Part shown: piece by piece, positions 30,152-40,525 of the stretch
How the letters are laid out: each line of letters starts with the position of its first letter
How positions within the stretch are numbered: the stretch's first letter is position 1
Source: Acidimicrobiia bacterium
GTDB lineage: Bacteria > Actinomycetota > Acidimicrobiia > Spongiisociales > UBA5794
Assembly: GCA_030065575.1 (NCBI GenBank)
Contig: JASJDZ010000003.1
Location: forward strand, 1,562 to 65,561
Direction of reading: 5' to 3'
DNA: 64,000 nt
The notes under the pieces: model-generated
The model's database searches: none
What the model saw: the letters and a program-made list of their open reading frames with translations, nothing else
What the model was told of the DNA's origin: nothing
Program-made: the position numbers and the translations under genes

Positions 30152-31087
30152 ATGGAATTCGGTTTGATGGTTGAACCACAGATGGGCGGTACATACGCCG
30201 AGCTGCTCAACCTGGCTCGTGCCGCCGAAAATGCCGGATACACCGCGTTTGCCCGCTCCGACCACTACCTGGCCGGTGAGAACAGTGTCGCCGCAACCGA
30301 CGCCTTGACCACGATTGCCGGCCTGGCAAGGGAGACGGACACGATCAAGCTGACGGTTCTGGTGACCCCGTTGACTTTCCGTCACCCCGGCGTGATTGCC
30401 AAGACCGCGACAACCCTGGATGAGATGTCGGGCGGCCGATTTGAGCTGGGTGTCGGCACCGGTTGGATGGAGAGCGAGCATCGCGCCTTTGGGATCGCAT
30501 TGCCTGAGATGCGAGCTCGGTTCAGCCTCCTGTTCGAGACCCTCGCCTACATACACGCGGCGACAGGGCGCAGCAGCGGTGGTTTTGTCGGCCGCCACTT
30601 CCGGCTGGAGGACATCGAGGTTCTGCCCCAGCCGGCAACGCGCCTGCCCATCATCATTGGCGGCATGGGCAAGCAACGTACCCCGTCGATTGCCGGGCGT
30701 TTCGCCGACGAGTACAACATGTTTGCCTCCAACGCCGAGGAGCTGAGCGCCCGGCTGGACGTCATGGTGTCGAGCGCAACAGAGATGGATCGGGACCCGG
30801 GCGAAGTCAAGGTCTCGATCATGTCGTCAGCGATCATCGGGGAGGATGAGGCCGAGTACCGGGAGGCGCTCGCCGCAGCAGCATCGGAGCGGGACAAAGA
30901 ACCGGACGAGCTCGAAGCCATCCTCGCCGAGCGCCGCATGCTCCACGGGACCTACGAGCAGGCCGCGGCGATCATCGACGATTACCGCCGGCAAGGGGTA
31001 GGTCGGATCTACATCCAACACTTTGCGCCACTGGGCGAGATCGACCCCGAAGAGGTGACCCGCCACTTCCGAGGACTCAGCGGATAA
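30152..31087 (+). CDS. LLM-class (F420-dependent type) oxidoreductase
   Basis: RSDHY, LARET, RHPG..AK, D.MSGGRFELG.GTGW...EH. Confidence 0.92.
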   Translation: MEFGLMVEPQMGGTYAELLNLARAAENAGYTAFARSDHYLAGENSVAATDALTTIAGLARETDTIKLTVLVTPLTFRHPGVIAKTATTLDEMSGGRFELGVGTGWMESEHRAFGIALPEMRARFSLLFETLAYIHAATGRSSGGFVGRHFRLEDIEVLPQPATRLPIIIGGMGKQRTPSIAGRFADEYNMFASNAEELSARLDVMVSSATEMDRDPGEVKVSIMSSAIIGEDEAEYREALAAAASERDKEPDELEAILAERRMLHGTYEQAAAIIDDYRRQGVGRIYIQHFAPLGEIDPEEVTRHFRGLSG

Positions 31088-31108
31088 CCACTAGCTGCGT
31101 AGTACTTA
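31084..31108. promoter_or_regulatory. Candidate operator upstream of sufC-sufS-sufU
   Basis: Pseudo-palindrome TAAccACTA-N6-TAGTacTTA; related motif upstream of sufB. Confidence 0.5.
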
Positions 31109-31139
31109 GAGCTTGCGGCGGGAAGCTATCCTGCGCCCT

Positions 31140-31892
31140 ATGACTGCACCTTTACTAGTAATCAACGACCTCCACGCTTCGGCCGGCGACACGGAAATCA
31201 TCAAGGGGATGAACCTCACCATCGAACGAGGGGAAATCCACGCGCTGATGGGCCCAAACGGGTCCGGGAAGTCGACTCTCTCCTATGTGCTCATGGGTCA
31301 CCCCGGATACGAGGTGACCGGCGGGCAGATTCTCTACAAGGGCGAGGACATCACCGAGACCGACCCGGATGAGCGCGGGCGCTCCGGCATATTCCTCGGA
31401 TTCCAATACCCCGAGGAGATCCCCGGCGTGTCCGTACTCAACTTCTTGCGCACGGCGCTCTCCAATCGAACCGGCACCGACTACACAGTGCTCGAGTTGC
31501 GACTCAAGGTCGCTGAGGCCATGACTCAGCTGGGGATGGATCAGTCCTTCGCAGACCGCTACCTCAATGAGGGGTTCTCCGGCGGGGAGCGCAAGCGCAG
31601 CGAGGTACTGCAAATGACGATCCTCGATCCCGAGCTCGCAGTTCTCGACGAAACAGACTCGGGCCTCGATATCGATGCGTTGCGTACCGTCGCCGAAGGG
31701 GTGCAACGCCTTCACGATGACGATCGTGGCTTCCTGATCATCACGCACTATCAGCGGATGCTCGACTACATCACGCCCGATGTCGTTCACGTCTTCGTCG
31801 ACGGCAGGGTGGTGGAAACCGGCGGACCGGATCTGGCCAAGGAAATCGAGGAATCGGGTTACGACAACTACCGGGTAGGGACCGCCGGATGA
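31140..31892 (+). CDS. sufC: Fe-S cluster assembly ATPase SufC (copy 1)
   Basis: MGPNGSGKST, FQYPEEIPGV, FSGGERKR, LDETDSGLDIDAL, ITHYQR; leaderless -10 TATCCT. Confidence 0.96.
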   Translation: MTAPLLVINDLHASAGDTEIIKGMNLTIERGEIHALMGPNGSGKSTLSYVLMGHPGYEVTGGQILYKGEDITETDPDERGRSGIFLGFQYPEEIPGVSVLNFLRTALSNRTGTDYTVLELRLKVAEAMTQLGMDQSFADRYLNEGFSGGERKRSEVLQMTILDPELAVLDETDSGLDIDALRTVAEGVQRLHDDDRGFLIITHYQRMLDYITPDVVHVFVDGRVVETGGPDLAKEIEESGYDNYRVGTAG

Positions 31893-33112
31893 TGCAACAG
31901 GTTCGAGCCGACTTCCCCATCCTCGATCGGTTGGTCAACGGAAAGCGGCTCGCCTATCTCGACTCCTCGGCAACCACACAGAAGCCGAGCCAGGTGATCG
32001 ATGCCATTTCGGACTATTACAGGGTCTACAACTCGAATGTCCACCGCGGCGCCCACACTCTCGCCGCGGAAGCGACGATCGCCTACGAGGATGCTCGCAC
32101 CAAGATCGCACAATTCATCGGTGCCGGATCATCAAACGAGGTCGTGTTCACGAAGGGCACGACGAACGGCATGAATCTGATCTCCTACGGCTGGGGCCTG
32201 AACCGGCTCCGTGAGGGCGATCGCATCCTGCTCACCGTGATGGAGCATCACGCCAACGTCGTTCCCTGGCAGATCATCGCAAAGCACACCGGGGCTGAGC
32301 TCGTCTATCTCGAGCTCGACGAGGACTATCGGGTCGACCTCTCGAATCTGGACAGGTTCGTCGACGACCGGCTGAAGATCATCAGCGTCTCGGGTATGTC
32401 CAATGTCACCGGCACAATCGGCCCGGTGCCGCAGCTGGTGGAAGCAGCCCGGAGCGTGGGCGCGCTGATGATCGTCGATGCGGCCCAATCGGTCCCCCAC
32501 CTGCCGACGAACGTTGCTGAGATCGGCGCCGATCTGCTCGTCTTCAGTGCGCACAAGATGCTTGGTCCCACCGGGATTGGCGCAATGTGGGGTCGTCCCG
32601 AGATCCTCGAGGAAATGGACCCGGCCGAGGGCGGCGGCGAGATGATCACCGACGTCCGGCTGTACGAATCGCGCTGGGCGCCGGTTCCCCACAAGTTCGA
32701 GGCGGGCACTCCCCCGATCGCCCAGGCGGTTGGATTTGGCGCCGCCATCGACTACCTGGACAAGCTCGGAATGGAGGCAGTGCGCCGCCACGAGGTCGCG
32801 ATAACCCGATACGCGCTCGATCGGCTATCGGAGGTCCCCGACCTGCGGGTCGTCGGGCCCACCGATCTTTCTGCGCGAGGAGGCACCATCAGTTTCGAGT
32901 TGGGGGATATCCACCCCCATGACGTCGCCACGATCCTCGATCAGGAGGGTGTGGCAGTGAGAGCCGGCCACCACTGCGCCAAACCCCTGATGCGCTATCT
33001 CGAGGTGCCGGCAACCGCGCGAGCGTCGTTCTACGTGTACACAACCGAAGAGGACATCGATCAGCTGGTCACGGGCCTGTATCGCGCCCGGGATCTCTTC
33101 GGTCTCGCCTAG
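31889..33112 (+). CDS. sufS: Cysteine desulfurase SufS
   Basis: YLDSSATTQKP, EHHAN, SAHKMLGPTG, RAGHHCA, RASFY. Confidence 0.96.
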   Translation: MMQQVRADFPILDRLVNGKRLAYLDSSATTQKPSQVIDAISDYYRVYNSNVHRGAHTLAAEATIAYEDARTKIAQFIGAGSSNEVVFTKGTTNGMNLISYGWGLNRLREGDRILLTVMEHHANVVPWQIIAKHTGAELVYLELDEDYRVDLSNLDRFVDDRLKIISVSGMSNVTGTIGPVPQLVEAARSVGALMIVDAAQSVPHLPTNVAEIGADLLVFSAHKMLGPTGIGAMWGRPEILEEMDPAEGGGEMITDVRLYESRWAPVPHKFEAGTPPIAQAVGFGAAIDYLDKLGMEAVRRHEVAITRYALDRLSEVPDLRVVGPTDLSARGGTISFELGDIHPHDVATILDQEGVAVRAGHHCAKPLMRYLEVPATARASFYVYTTEEDIDQLVTGLYRARDLFGLA

Positions 33113-33178
33113 GGCCCGAGCGATTCGCTGTCCTTGGTGGCGGCGTTATGGTTGTGACCTCATCAACCAACAGAGACG

Positions 33179-33628
33179 ATGGCACTCGAAGAGCTCTACA
33201 GAGAAGTGATCCTCGATCACTATCGACATCCCCGACACAAGGGGACTCTGAGCAATGCCGACGTGCATGCCGAGGGCTTGAATCCCTCGTGCGGAGATGA
33301 GTTCTCCCTCGACCTTGCCATTGCCGACGGTGTGATCACCGATGTAGCGACACAGGGACAGGGGTGTTCGATCTCGCAGGCATCAGGGTCGATGATGGCC
33401 GACGCCATCAAGGGAAAGACCCTCGAGGAGGTGGGCGAGCTTGCCCACAAGTTCCGCGTGATGATGTCGATCGATGAAGGCGAGAACCCCGTCGATCCCG
33501 CTCGCCCCGGGGCCGTCCTCGGGGACCTCGAGGCGCTCCAGGGCGTGCGCAAGTTCCCCGTCCGCATCAAATGCGCCGACCTGCCCTGGACGACACTGGC
33601 GGACGCGCTCAGTCAGGCTGAGTCTTAG
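33179..33628 (+). CDS. sufU: SUF system NifU-type protein SufU
   Basis: LYREVILDHY, NPSCGD, GCSISQAS, RIKCA. Confidence 0.95.
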   Translation: MALEELYREVILDHYRHPRHKGTLSNADVHAEGLNPSCGDEFSLDLAIADGVITDVATQGQGCSISQASGSMMADAIKGKTLEEVGELAHKFRVMMSIDEGENPVDPARPGAVLGDLEALQGVRKFPVRIKCADLPWTTLADALSQAES

Positions 33629-33679
33629 CGTTCTTGCGTAGATTCGTCGGCCATATTGCTACGGAACTACGCAGGAACG
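33629..33679. repeat. Intergenic inverted repeat (REP-like or bidirectional terminator)
   Basis: CGTTCTTGCGTAG ... CTACGCAGGAACG between convergent sufU and pncB. Confidence 0.6.
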
Positions 33680-33711
33680 AGGAGTAGCTCCCGCGAAACC
33701 CAGTGATTGTG

Positions 33712-35256
33712 CTACTCGCCCCTGGCCTCGTCGATCAGCTCGAGCTGCAGCGACTTGATGCGCTCGGTCAGCGACACGTGGTAGATGTGCGGGTTCACCA
33801 AGCGACGGACACCAACGTCGAGACGATCGAGGTCTGCGATGCGCCGTGACCTCATCTCCTCGAGATCTGGGGACGGAGTGCTCCGCTTCCCTCCGGCGAA
33901 CACCTCGACGAGGAGATCCTCGACCTCTGTGATCTCGTCACGAGGGATGACACGGCTTATCCCCATGCGGTGCGGGTGATGAAGAAGAATGTCGCCTTTG
34001 GTCAGCTCTTCGTCCGCCATCGCAATGAGATCTGCGGTTGCCCTCCCCCGGGCGTCGTAGAGCCGCCAGATCTTCTTGTCGCCCGGGATCGGCACCTTCT
34101 CGGGGGTATCCGATACCTTGATGGCCGGTGTCCAATCTCCATCCTTCTCGATAGCCACCAGCTTGAACACGCCGTCGAGCGCCTCGTGCCCCTGCGATGT
34201 GATCAGCCGGGTTCCCACCCCGTAGACCAGACGCTCCATCAGACGCGACGGATCTCTCCCGGCGCGGGCGAACTCGTCGAGAATCTGCGCTCGGATCTGC
34301 CAGATCTCCAGCTCATCGAGGTTGCCGGACAGGACTATCTGCACGTCCTCGAAGCCGGCAGCATCAAGCATCTCAGCAGCCTCGATACTCAGATACGCAA
34401 GGTCTCCCGAGTCGAGTCTGATCCCGACCGGCTCATGCCCGGCGGCTCGCAACTCGGCAAAGACCTTGATTGCGTTGGGGATGCCGGACTCGAGAGTGTC
34501 GATCGTGTCAACCAGCAGGATGCAATCGTCTGGATACACCTCGGCGTAGGCACGGAAGGCTTCGAGCTCACCCTGGCCGAGCGCCATAAATACCTGCACC
34601 ATCGAGTGGGCGTGTGTTCCCTTTGGGTCAAGCCCCATCTCGTGGGATATCCCGACGTTCGAAGTGAAATCAGCACCGCCGATGAGCGCCGCCCGTCCGC
34701 CCGGGTTCGCACCCGAGGCCGGACCGCGTCGCATCCCAAACTCGAGGGCCGGGCTACCTCCGGCTGATTCGTGGATACGCGAGGCCTTGGTGGCAATCAG
34801 CGTCGGGTAGTTGAGGTGGTTGAGCAAAGAGGTCTCGAGGATCTGGACGATGGCCAACGGGCCCTGCACGACGGCGATGGGAGCGTTGGCATGCACCACA
34901 CGACCCTCAGGAACAGCCCTAATGACGACCCGATCGAAAGCTCCGGATTCGCGGAGCCAGTTGAGGAACTCATCACCAAATCGCTTCTGACCGGCCTCGT
35001 TGGTTTGGCTACTCAGCAACTCGAGATCGGCGTCGGTGAATCGGACATCCTCCATCCACTCCAGCAGCGGGTCCAATCCGGCAAAGACGGCGTAACCCGC
35101 TTGGTGGCGACCGTAGTTGGGGTAGCGCCTGAAGAAGAAGTCAAACTGCGCCTGTCTCTCGTGCAAGCCGCGCTCGTAGTAGAGCTGCGCCATTGTGAGT
35201 TGGTACTGATCGGTGAACAGCACCCCATCACGAGCTCGCCCGGTTTGTTCTGCCAT
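33712..35256 (-). CDS. pncB: Nicotinate phosphoribosyltransferase
   Basis: [42 protein letters not shown]. Confidence 0.95.
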   Translation of the reverse strand: MAEQTGRARDGVLFTDQYQLTMAQLYYERGLHERQAQFDFFFRRYPNYGRHQAGYAVFAGLDPLLEWMEDVRFTDADLELLSSQTNEAGQKRFGDEFLNWLRESGAFDRVVIRAVPEGRVVHANAPIAVVQGPLAIVQILETSLLNHLNYPTLIATKASRIHESAGGSPALEFGMRRGPASGANPGGRAALIGGADFTSNVGISHEMGLDPKGTHAHSMVQVFMALGQGELEAFRAYAEVYPDDCILLVDTIDTLESGIPNAIKVFAELRAAGHEPVGIRLDSGDLAYLSIEAAEMLDAAGFEDVQIVLSGNLDELEIWQIRAQILDEFARAGRDPSRLMERLVYGVGTRLITSQGHEALDGVFKLVAIEKDGDWTPAIKVSDTPEKVPIPGDKKIWRLYDARGRATADLIAMADEELTKGDILLHHPHRMGISRVIPRDEITEVEDLLVEVFAGGKRSTPSPDLEEMRSRRIADLDRLDVGVRRLVNPHIYHVSLTERIKSLQLELIDEARGE

Positions 35257-35268
35257 GCTTCGCTTTCC

Positions 35269-36459
35269 TTAGTTCTCCGCTGAGTCTGGCACGGATCGGC
35301 TCTCGATGGCGTTCGCAGGAACGCCACCCCAGGCGAAAACGGCGACTGCCATGAGGTTCAACGCCGCGGCGACCAGCGCAGCGAACGCGATGCCCGACCC
35401 GAGGTAGACCCGGGGCCCGACTGCCGAGCCGAGGGTGCGCCCGATCGCCCAGCCGACAACCATCCAGGAGAGGAATCGAGCTCTGGCATGCGGGTGGATC
35501 TCGGTTGCGTACGGCACACCCGAGACGATGGCGAACTCGAATCCGAAGTAGGCGATCATCACCGCGGCAACCCCACCGACCAGCGATCCATTGGTAACGG
35601 CGAACAGTGCGAATCCGGCTGCTGCGATGGTGATACCGGCGAAGACAGCGCGACGCTTTCCGATGCGGTCGGCGAACCCTGCCGTTGCTCCCTCGCCTGC
35701 GAGCTCCGCCAGGCCAATCAGGACTGCAATGCCACCGGCTTCAACCAAGGACAGCCCGAACGAGTCCTCCAGCCATGCTCCGAGCACGACAAACATGAGC
35801 TGGGCTGCCATCGCATACAGCCCGGCCGTGACCAGAAAGGCACCAGACGGACGATCCAACCGCAATCGCCCAACATCACCGTGGACATCGCCGGTGTCAC
35901 GGTCCAGCAGCCGGCTGATCAACAGCGCGCCGGCGCCGACCACGCCGCCAAGCACCCAGAAAGGTGACTGCCAACCGCTGGTGCGAATCATCCAGCCGGC
36001 AAGCGGGGCGCCGATCAGCAAGCCGCCTGCCCAGGTCAACTCGAAGATGCCAATGACTCGGCCCCGATTCTCGTAAGGCACCCGGTCGGCGAGGTACGCC
36101 TGCGCCGACACATCGAACAGAGGCTTCGCCGCCCCCATCATGATGAAGCCGACGACGGCACCAACGAAAACCGATGTCGCAGCCGTGGTCAGAGCACCCA
36201 CCGCAAACAGGCCCATGCCGAAACCGATCAGATTCCGGCGCGGTCGTCCCCGGCTCAATGCGGTCATCGCCAACGGAGTGGGCAAGCCGGCCGCCCATCG
36301 AATCGAAATCAGGTCGCCCGCCCGCTCCAACGGCACATTGAGCCCTCGAGCAATTGCCGGAAGGAAGAACTCAACAAACCGGGCGGCGATATTGATCAGA
36401 AGTCGCATCCCGGTCAGGTATGCGAGACCGAGACGAAACCTTCGGGTGCGATGCGGCAT
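35269..36459 (-). CDS. MFS transporter
   Basis: About 12 TM; ADRVPYENRGR, ADRIGKRR. Confidence 0.88.
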   Translation of the reverse strand: MPHRTRRFRLGLAYLTGMRLLINIAARFVEFFLPAIARGLNVPLERAGDLISIRWAAGLPTPLAMTALSRGRPRRNLIGFGMGLFAVGALTTAATSVFVGAVVGFIMMGAAKPLFDVSAQAYLADRVPYENRGRVIGIFELTWAGGLLIGAPLAGWMIRTSGWQSPFWVLGGVVGAGALLISRLLDRDTGDVHGDVGRLRLDRPSGAFLVTAGLYAMAAQLMFVVLGAWLEDSFGLSLVEAGGIAVLIGLAELAGEGATAGFADRIGKRRAVFAGITIAAAGFALFAVTNGSLVGGVAAVMIAYFGFEFAIVSGVPYATEIHPHARARFLSWMVVGWAIGRTLGSAVGPRVYLGSGIAFAALVAAALNLMAVAVFAWGGVPANAIESRSVPDSAEN

Positions 36460-36494
36460 GGCGGCGACGATAGCGGGAAGCCCACTGCCGTCGT

Positions 36495-37247
36495 CTATGC
36501 AGCTAGCGCCCTCTCGATGGCGCCCGGGACGATCGCACCGACGTCACCGTCGATCCGCAGTGTGACGGTGCGCAGCCGGTCGTGAGCCGTCTCCCCCCGG
36601 TTGACAATCACGTAGGGCGTACCCCGCTCGGTCGCATAGAGAGGAACCGACGCGGCCGGGTTGACGGTCAGCGTTGATCCGAGTGCCATTGCCAGGTCAC
36701 ACCTGTCGGCGGCGTCGAAGGCTCTGGCCATCTCATCGGCGCGAAGGTTCTGGCCGAAGCTGATCGTTGCCGGCTTCAGGTACCCGCCGCAATGGCAGAG
36801 CGGCGGATCCCCCGTTTCACGGAAGGTGGCGAAGTGGGGCTCGGGTGCAGACCTCTCGCGGCAGGTCTGACACTCGATCTCACGGTTCGTTCCGTGGATC
36901 TCGACCAGCTTCTCCCGGCTGGTTCCGGCGGCGGCGTGCAATCCGTCGACGTTCTGGGTCACAACCATCTCGATCTTGTCGACCCTCTCGAGACGTACCA
37001 GGGCCCGATGCACCTCATTCGGCTCGGCTGCACCCCACTCTTCCGCGTCCTCCATCTTCTGCTGCCAGTAGTCCCGACGCCGATCGACAGAGGTCATGAA
37101 CTCGTCGTAGAAGACAGGCGTGCGTGTTTTCCACACTCCTTGCGGTCCCCGGTAATCGGGGATCCCGGATGCCGTTGAGATCCCGGCGCCGGTGAATACG
37201 AGAATCCGCTCGGCTGCAGTGATGAGGTCAACGAGCTTGTCGATCAT
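36495..37247 (-). CDS. Sir2-family NAD-dependent deacylase (second paralog)
   Basis: FTGAGISTASGIPDYRG, TQNVDGLH, EIHG, CxxC..CxC, GSTL. Confidence 0.93.
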   Translation of the reverse strand: MIDKLVDLITAAERILVFTGAGISTASGIPDYRGPQGVWKTRTPVFYDEFMTSVDRRRDYWQQKMEDAEEWGAAEPNEVHRALVRLERVDKIEMVVTQNVDGLHAAAGTSREKLVEIHGTNREIECQTCRERSAPEPHFATFRETGDPPLCHCGGYLKPATISFGQNLRADEMARAFDAADRCDLAMALGSTLTVNPAASVPLYATERGTPYVIVNRGETAHDRLRTVTLRIDGDVGAIVPGAIERALAA

Positions 37248-37265
37248 TGTCTGCAAGTTAGTGGC

Positions 37266-38189
37266 CTACCGCCCGACCGGCACTTCGGTGAGATCAAAGG
37301 CGAGCGATACCGGAACGGAAGTGACAACACCGACTGTGTACTCGAGAGATACGGTCACCGCACCTTCCTGATCGATGGGAAAGGGCTCGCTCCAACTGAA
37401 CTCGAGAGTCCCCTCCTCGCTCGGCTCGCGCACTTCGGGGAACCGCTCGTAGCTACCGACGATCCCACCCTCTGCGTCGAACAACCGGATCGTCATCTGC
37501 ACCGTCGTCCCCAGATTCGCACCCACCGTCCGCCATTCGACCGTGCCGAGGAAGCTGCCGAGGTCTAGCCGGGGGATGATGAGGGTCAACGATTGATCAA
37601 CAGGAACCGAAAGTGGCTCATCGATGGAGAACGGCTCCTCGGTGAATGGAAGCTCAACCGATCCGGTGACGTGCTCGACATCCCACCGCTCAATCAGACG
37701 TGCCTGCACGTAGGTGGTGTCTTCGCCTTGCGGAGGGAAGTGCACCGAAAAGGCCGAAGCACTGAAGCGGCCATTGACGACGCGAGTTGACTCGATGGTG
37801 GTCCCCGCCGCTGATTCCAGCAGCCACTCCCCACCAATCGGCCAGGCAACTTCGACGGGATCGGTGCCCCGCTGCGCAGCAGTCGTGAACGCAACGATTG
37901 TCGACTCATCTGTGAGCACCACCTCAGTGCCGGCCGCTCCGAGATCGGGGGCAAGCTCGCCGTAGCCGGGTGGGAAGTCGGAGACAACAGCAGCGTCTGG
38001 CGGCCGGGACGTCGTCACCGCAGTGGTGGATGCCGGTTCCGCCCCGTCGCCACCACCGAGGGTCAGCAGCCAGCCGAGTAGCAGACCAACCGCAGCACCC
38101 GGAACGGCAACAGACCATGCAGTGTCGGGGGTCTGCTTCTCGTCATCAAGGGGGGACTTGATCAGCTCCTCGTAGTCGATCTCGCTCAA
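37266..38189 (-). CDS. Hypothetical membrane-anchored extracellular protein
   Basis: TTG start overlapping the upstream stop; TM + Thr-rich linker + acidic domain. Confidence 0.7.
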   Translation of the reverse strand: MSEIDYEELIKSPLDDEKQTPDTAWSVAVPGAAVGLLLGWLLTLGGGDGAEPASTTAVTTSRPPDAAVVSDFPPGYGELAPDLGAAGTEVVLTDESTIVAFTTAAQRGTDPVEVAWPIGGEWLLESAAGTTIESTRVVNGRFSASAFSVHFPPQGEDTTYVQARLIERWDVEHVTGSVELPFTEEPFSIDEPLSVPVDQSLTLIIPRLDLGSFLGTVEWRTVGANLGTTVQMTIRLFDAEGGIVGSYERFPEVREPSEEGTLEFSWSEPFPIDQEGAVTVSLEYTVGVVTSVPVSLAFDLTEVPVGR

Positions 38190-38968
38190 GTGGCCACCCC
38201 CTCCATCACCAGGATCTCGCCGACGAGTGGCCTCATCTCGAAACCGGCGTCTTCGAGAACCACCGACTCGGGGACATTCGTCCCCTCCCAGATGAGCTGC
38301 AAGCCCCCACCCTGTCTGCCGGTCACTCGCCAACTCGAGTCGATGGGCCGAAGCGAAACCGTGATGTCCCAGTCGTCACCAGAGCGGTCGAAGTCGAGCT
38401 GCACGATCGTCGAGATGCTCTGCTCCAGCACGGTATTGACGGTCACCCGGCCCCGCCTCAGGTCGGCGGTAGCGCCGGACTCGATGGGGACTTCGACTTG
38501 CTCGCCAAAGGGAACCGCAACCCTCCACCCCACCAGCCGGATGGACTCCACCTCCTCCTCACCGATCGGCATCTCGAACCGCACAGAAGAGGCGCGAGGG
38601 CCCGTTGTCGCTTCGACAATGGCGCCCGACGCAGTCGTCAGCTCCCATCGCTCGGGCATCGCGGCGAAGTCGCCGGCGCCCGCGGGCCGATCCTCGAAAT
38701 CCCCGACGACGGACGGCGCAATCCCGGTGAGCTCGTAGTCGAGGTAGGCGAACCCATCGGTCACATTGAGGTTGCGAGGCAGAAGAAACGTCGCTCCAAT
38801 TGCCACCTCTTCCGGCTCGAACCAGGGAACGGTGGCCGGAGCCTCCGTCGTGGGGACGGATGTCGTTGTCGCAGGCTCCTCGGCATCGCCGGACGGAATG
38901 AGGCCCAGTATCGGGAGGATGAGAGCCCCGGCAACGACCCCGAGAGCAAACCGGCCGGCGGCACTCAC
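38186..38968 (-). CDS. Hypothetical membrane-anchored extracellular protein
   Basis: GTGA overlap; TM + TTTSVPTT linker; acidic beta-rich domain. Confidence 0.7.
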   Translation of the reverse strand: MSAAGRFALGVVAGALILPILGLIPSGDAEEPATTTSVPTTEAPATVPWFEPEEVAIGATFLLPRNLNVTDGFAYLDYELTGIAPSVVGDFEDRPAGAGDFAAMPERWELTTASGAIVEATTGPRASSVRFEMPIGEEEVESIRLVGWRVAVPFGEQVEVPIESGATADLRRGRVTVNTVLEQSISTIVQLDFDRSGDDWDITVSLRPIDSSWRVTGRQGGGLQLIWEGTNVPESVVLEDAGFEMRPLVGEILVMEGVAT

Positions 38969-39387
38969 GGCCGGGGGCCAAACACCACGTAAACGAGGGA
39001 GAGGAGCGTGAGCGCCACCATGAGGTGTCGGAGGGTCACCCACCGCCGGCTCATCCCGGCGGCGTCAAGCGCAGCCTCGAGCGGCTCGGTGCCGTAGAAG
39101 TAATCCCGCAGCGCACGGTCGCGGGTCGTGCCGCCTCGTAGGGCCGCGTTCAGCTTGCCACCCTCGACCGTGTTCTCCGGCACGAGCTCCTCAGCTCGTT
39201 GCTGAAGTGGTCGCGCGGCGTAGTAGAGCGCCACGAGTACCGCCACGGCCCACACGACCAGAATAAGGGCGTGAGTGACCATCAGCCCGGCGAGCCCGAT
39301 GATCCAGACGATCCAGAGAGTGCTGACCTCGCGTAGGTAGGCCCTGGCTTCGTCCGGGTCGTCGAACTGGTAGACCAGCTCTGTCAT
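38965..39387 (-). CDS. Hypothetical membrane protein
   Basis: Three hydrophobic segments; coupled to the downstream gene. Confidence 0.75.
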   Translation of the reverse strand: MTELVYQFDDPDEARAYLREVSTLWIVWIIGLAGLMVTHALILVVWAVAVLVALYYAARPLQQRAEELVPENTVEGGKLNAALRGGTTRDRALRDYFYGTEPLEAALDAAGMSRRWVTLRHLMVALTLLSLVYVVFGPRP

Positions 39388-39443
39388 ACGACAGCCTCAC
39401 TTATCGGGGTGACGAGGTTACCGCCTGCTGAATCGTGCCGGGT

Positions 39444-40205
39444 TCACACGTCGAACGGTGTCACGTCGGGAGCAGAGACGGTGGCTTCACCATCGACCAG
39501 ATCAACGTATCCGCTCGCCTCGAGTTCCGCAGCAATCTCGGGGCCGCCGGTGCGCACAACCTTGCCGGCAACCATCACGTGGATCTTGTCCGGCTTCATA
39601 TAGCGGAGGATCCTGCTGTAGTGGGTGATGATGAGGACACCGAGGTCGTCGCTGCGGAGTTCCTCGACGAGGTGAGCGACTTCGCGGACTGCATCGATGT
39701 CGAGACCCGAATCGACCTCGTCGAGGATGGCAACCTTGGGCTTGGCCACAGCGAGCTGGAACATCTCGGATCGCTTCTTCTCGCCGCCGGAGAGATCATT
39801 GTTGACGGCACGCTGGCGGAACCGCTCCATGTCAAGAGCTTCCGCCGCAGCCTCGACACGGTCGGCAAAACCCGGATCCTCGCGCACCTCACCCATCTCA
39901 CTGATGAGATCATCGAGGGACACACCGGGCACCTCGACCGGATACTGAAATGCCTCGAAGAGGCCAGCTCTCGCCCGCTCGTCTACGGGCAGGCCGAGCA
40001 CCTCGGTACCGTCAACAAGGGCGGACCCAGTCGCCTCGTAGTCGGTCTTTCCCATTAGTACGTGACACAGAGTCGACTTGCCGGACCCGTTCGGACCCAT
40101 CAGTACGTGCACCTCACCGAACGGAACGTCGATGTCGACTCCCTTGAGGATCTCCAGGTCGCCGAAGCGGGCCTTGACATCAGAAACTTGCAGGGCGAGT
40201 GACAT
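39444..40205 (-). CDS. sufC: Fe-S cluster assembly ATPase SufC (copy 2)
   Basis: MGPNGSGKST, FQYPVEVPGV, LSGGEKKR, LDEVDSGLDIDA, ITHY. Confidence 0.93.
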   Translation of the reverse strand: MSLALQVSDVKARFGDLEILKGVDIDVPFGEVHVLMGPNGSGKSTLCHVLMGKTDYEATGSALVDGTEVLGLPVDERARAGLFEAFQYPVEVPGVSLDDLISEMGEVREDPGFADRVEAAAEALDMERFRQRAVNNDLSGGEKKRSEMFQLAVAKPKVAILDEVDSGLDIDAVREVAHLVEELRSDDLGVLIITHYSRILRYMKPDKIHVMVAGKVVRTGGPEIAAELEASGYVDLVDGEATVSAPDVTPFDV

Positions 40206-40525
40206 CAGGACTCCTCGTCAATCGTCAGGTAGACGACGCCATCTGCGACGTCGACGGAATACGTAGGGACAGGGCTGGTCGCCGGCAGGGTGCGGGCCTC
40301 ACCGTCGGCGAGCCCGAACGCGGCACCATGTCGAGGGCACTCGACCTCGTCGTCAAACACTTCGCCCTCGGCCAGCGAGGCCTCGGCGTGACTGCACCTG
40401 TCGCCGAGAGCGTAGAAGCTGTCGCCGACCCGGAACAGAGCGATGCGATGCCCTTCGAGCTCGAGGCGCAAGCCAGCCTCATTCGGGATCTGGTCCACGG
40501 GGGCTATCTGCACGCGCACCGTCAC
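40205..40525 (-). CDS. Rieske-type ferredoxin
   Basis: CSH...CPRH Rieske motif; lies between sufD and sufC. Confidence 0.93.
   Translation of the reverse strand: MTVRVQIAPVDQIPNEAGLRLELEGHRIALFRVGDSFYALGDRCSHAEASLAEGEVFDDEVECPRHGAAFGLADGEARTLPATSPVPTYSVDVADGVVYLTIDEES

Noticed and set aside
6926-37247. Sir2 genes as anti-phage defence systems (Thoeris, DSR, Sir2-HerA)
   Set aside because: Both are classical Zn-binding CobB-type sirtuins in housekeeping context with no defence partners
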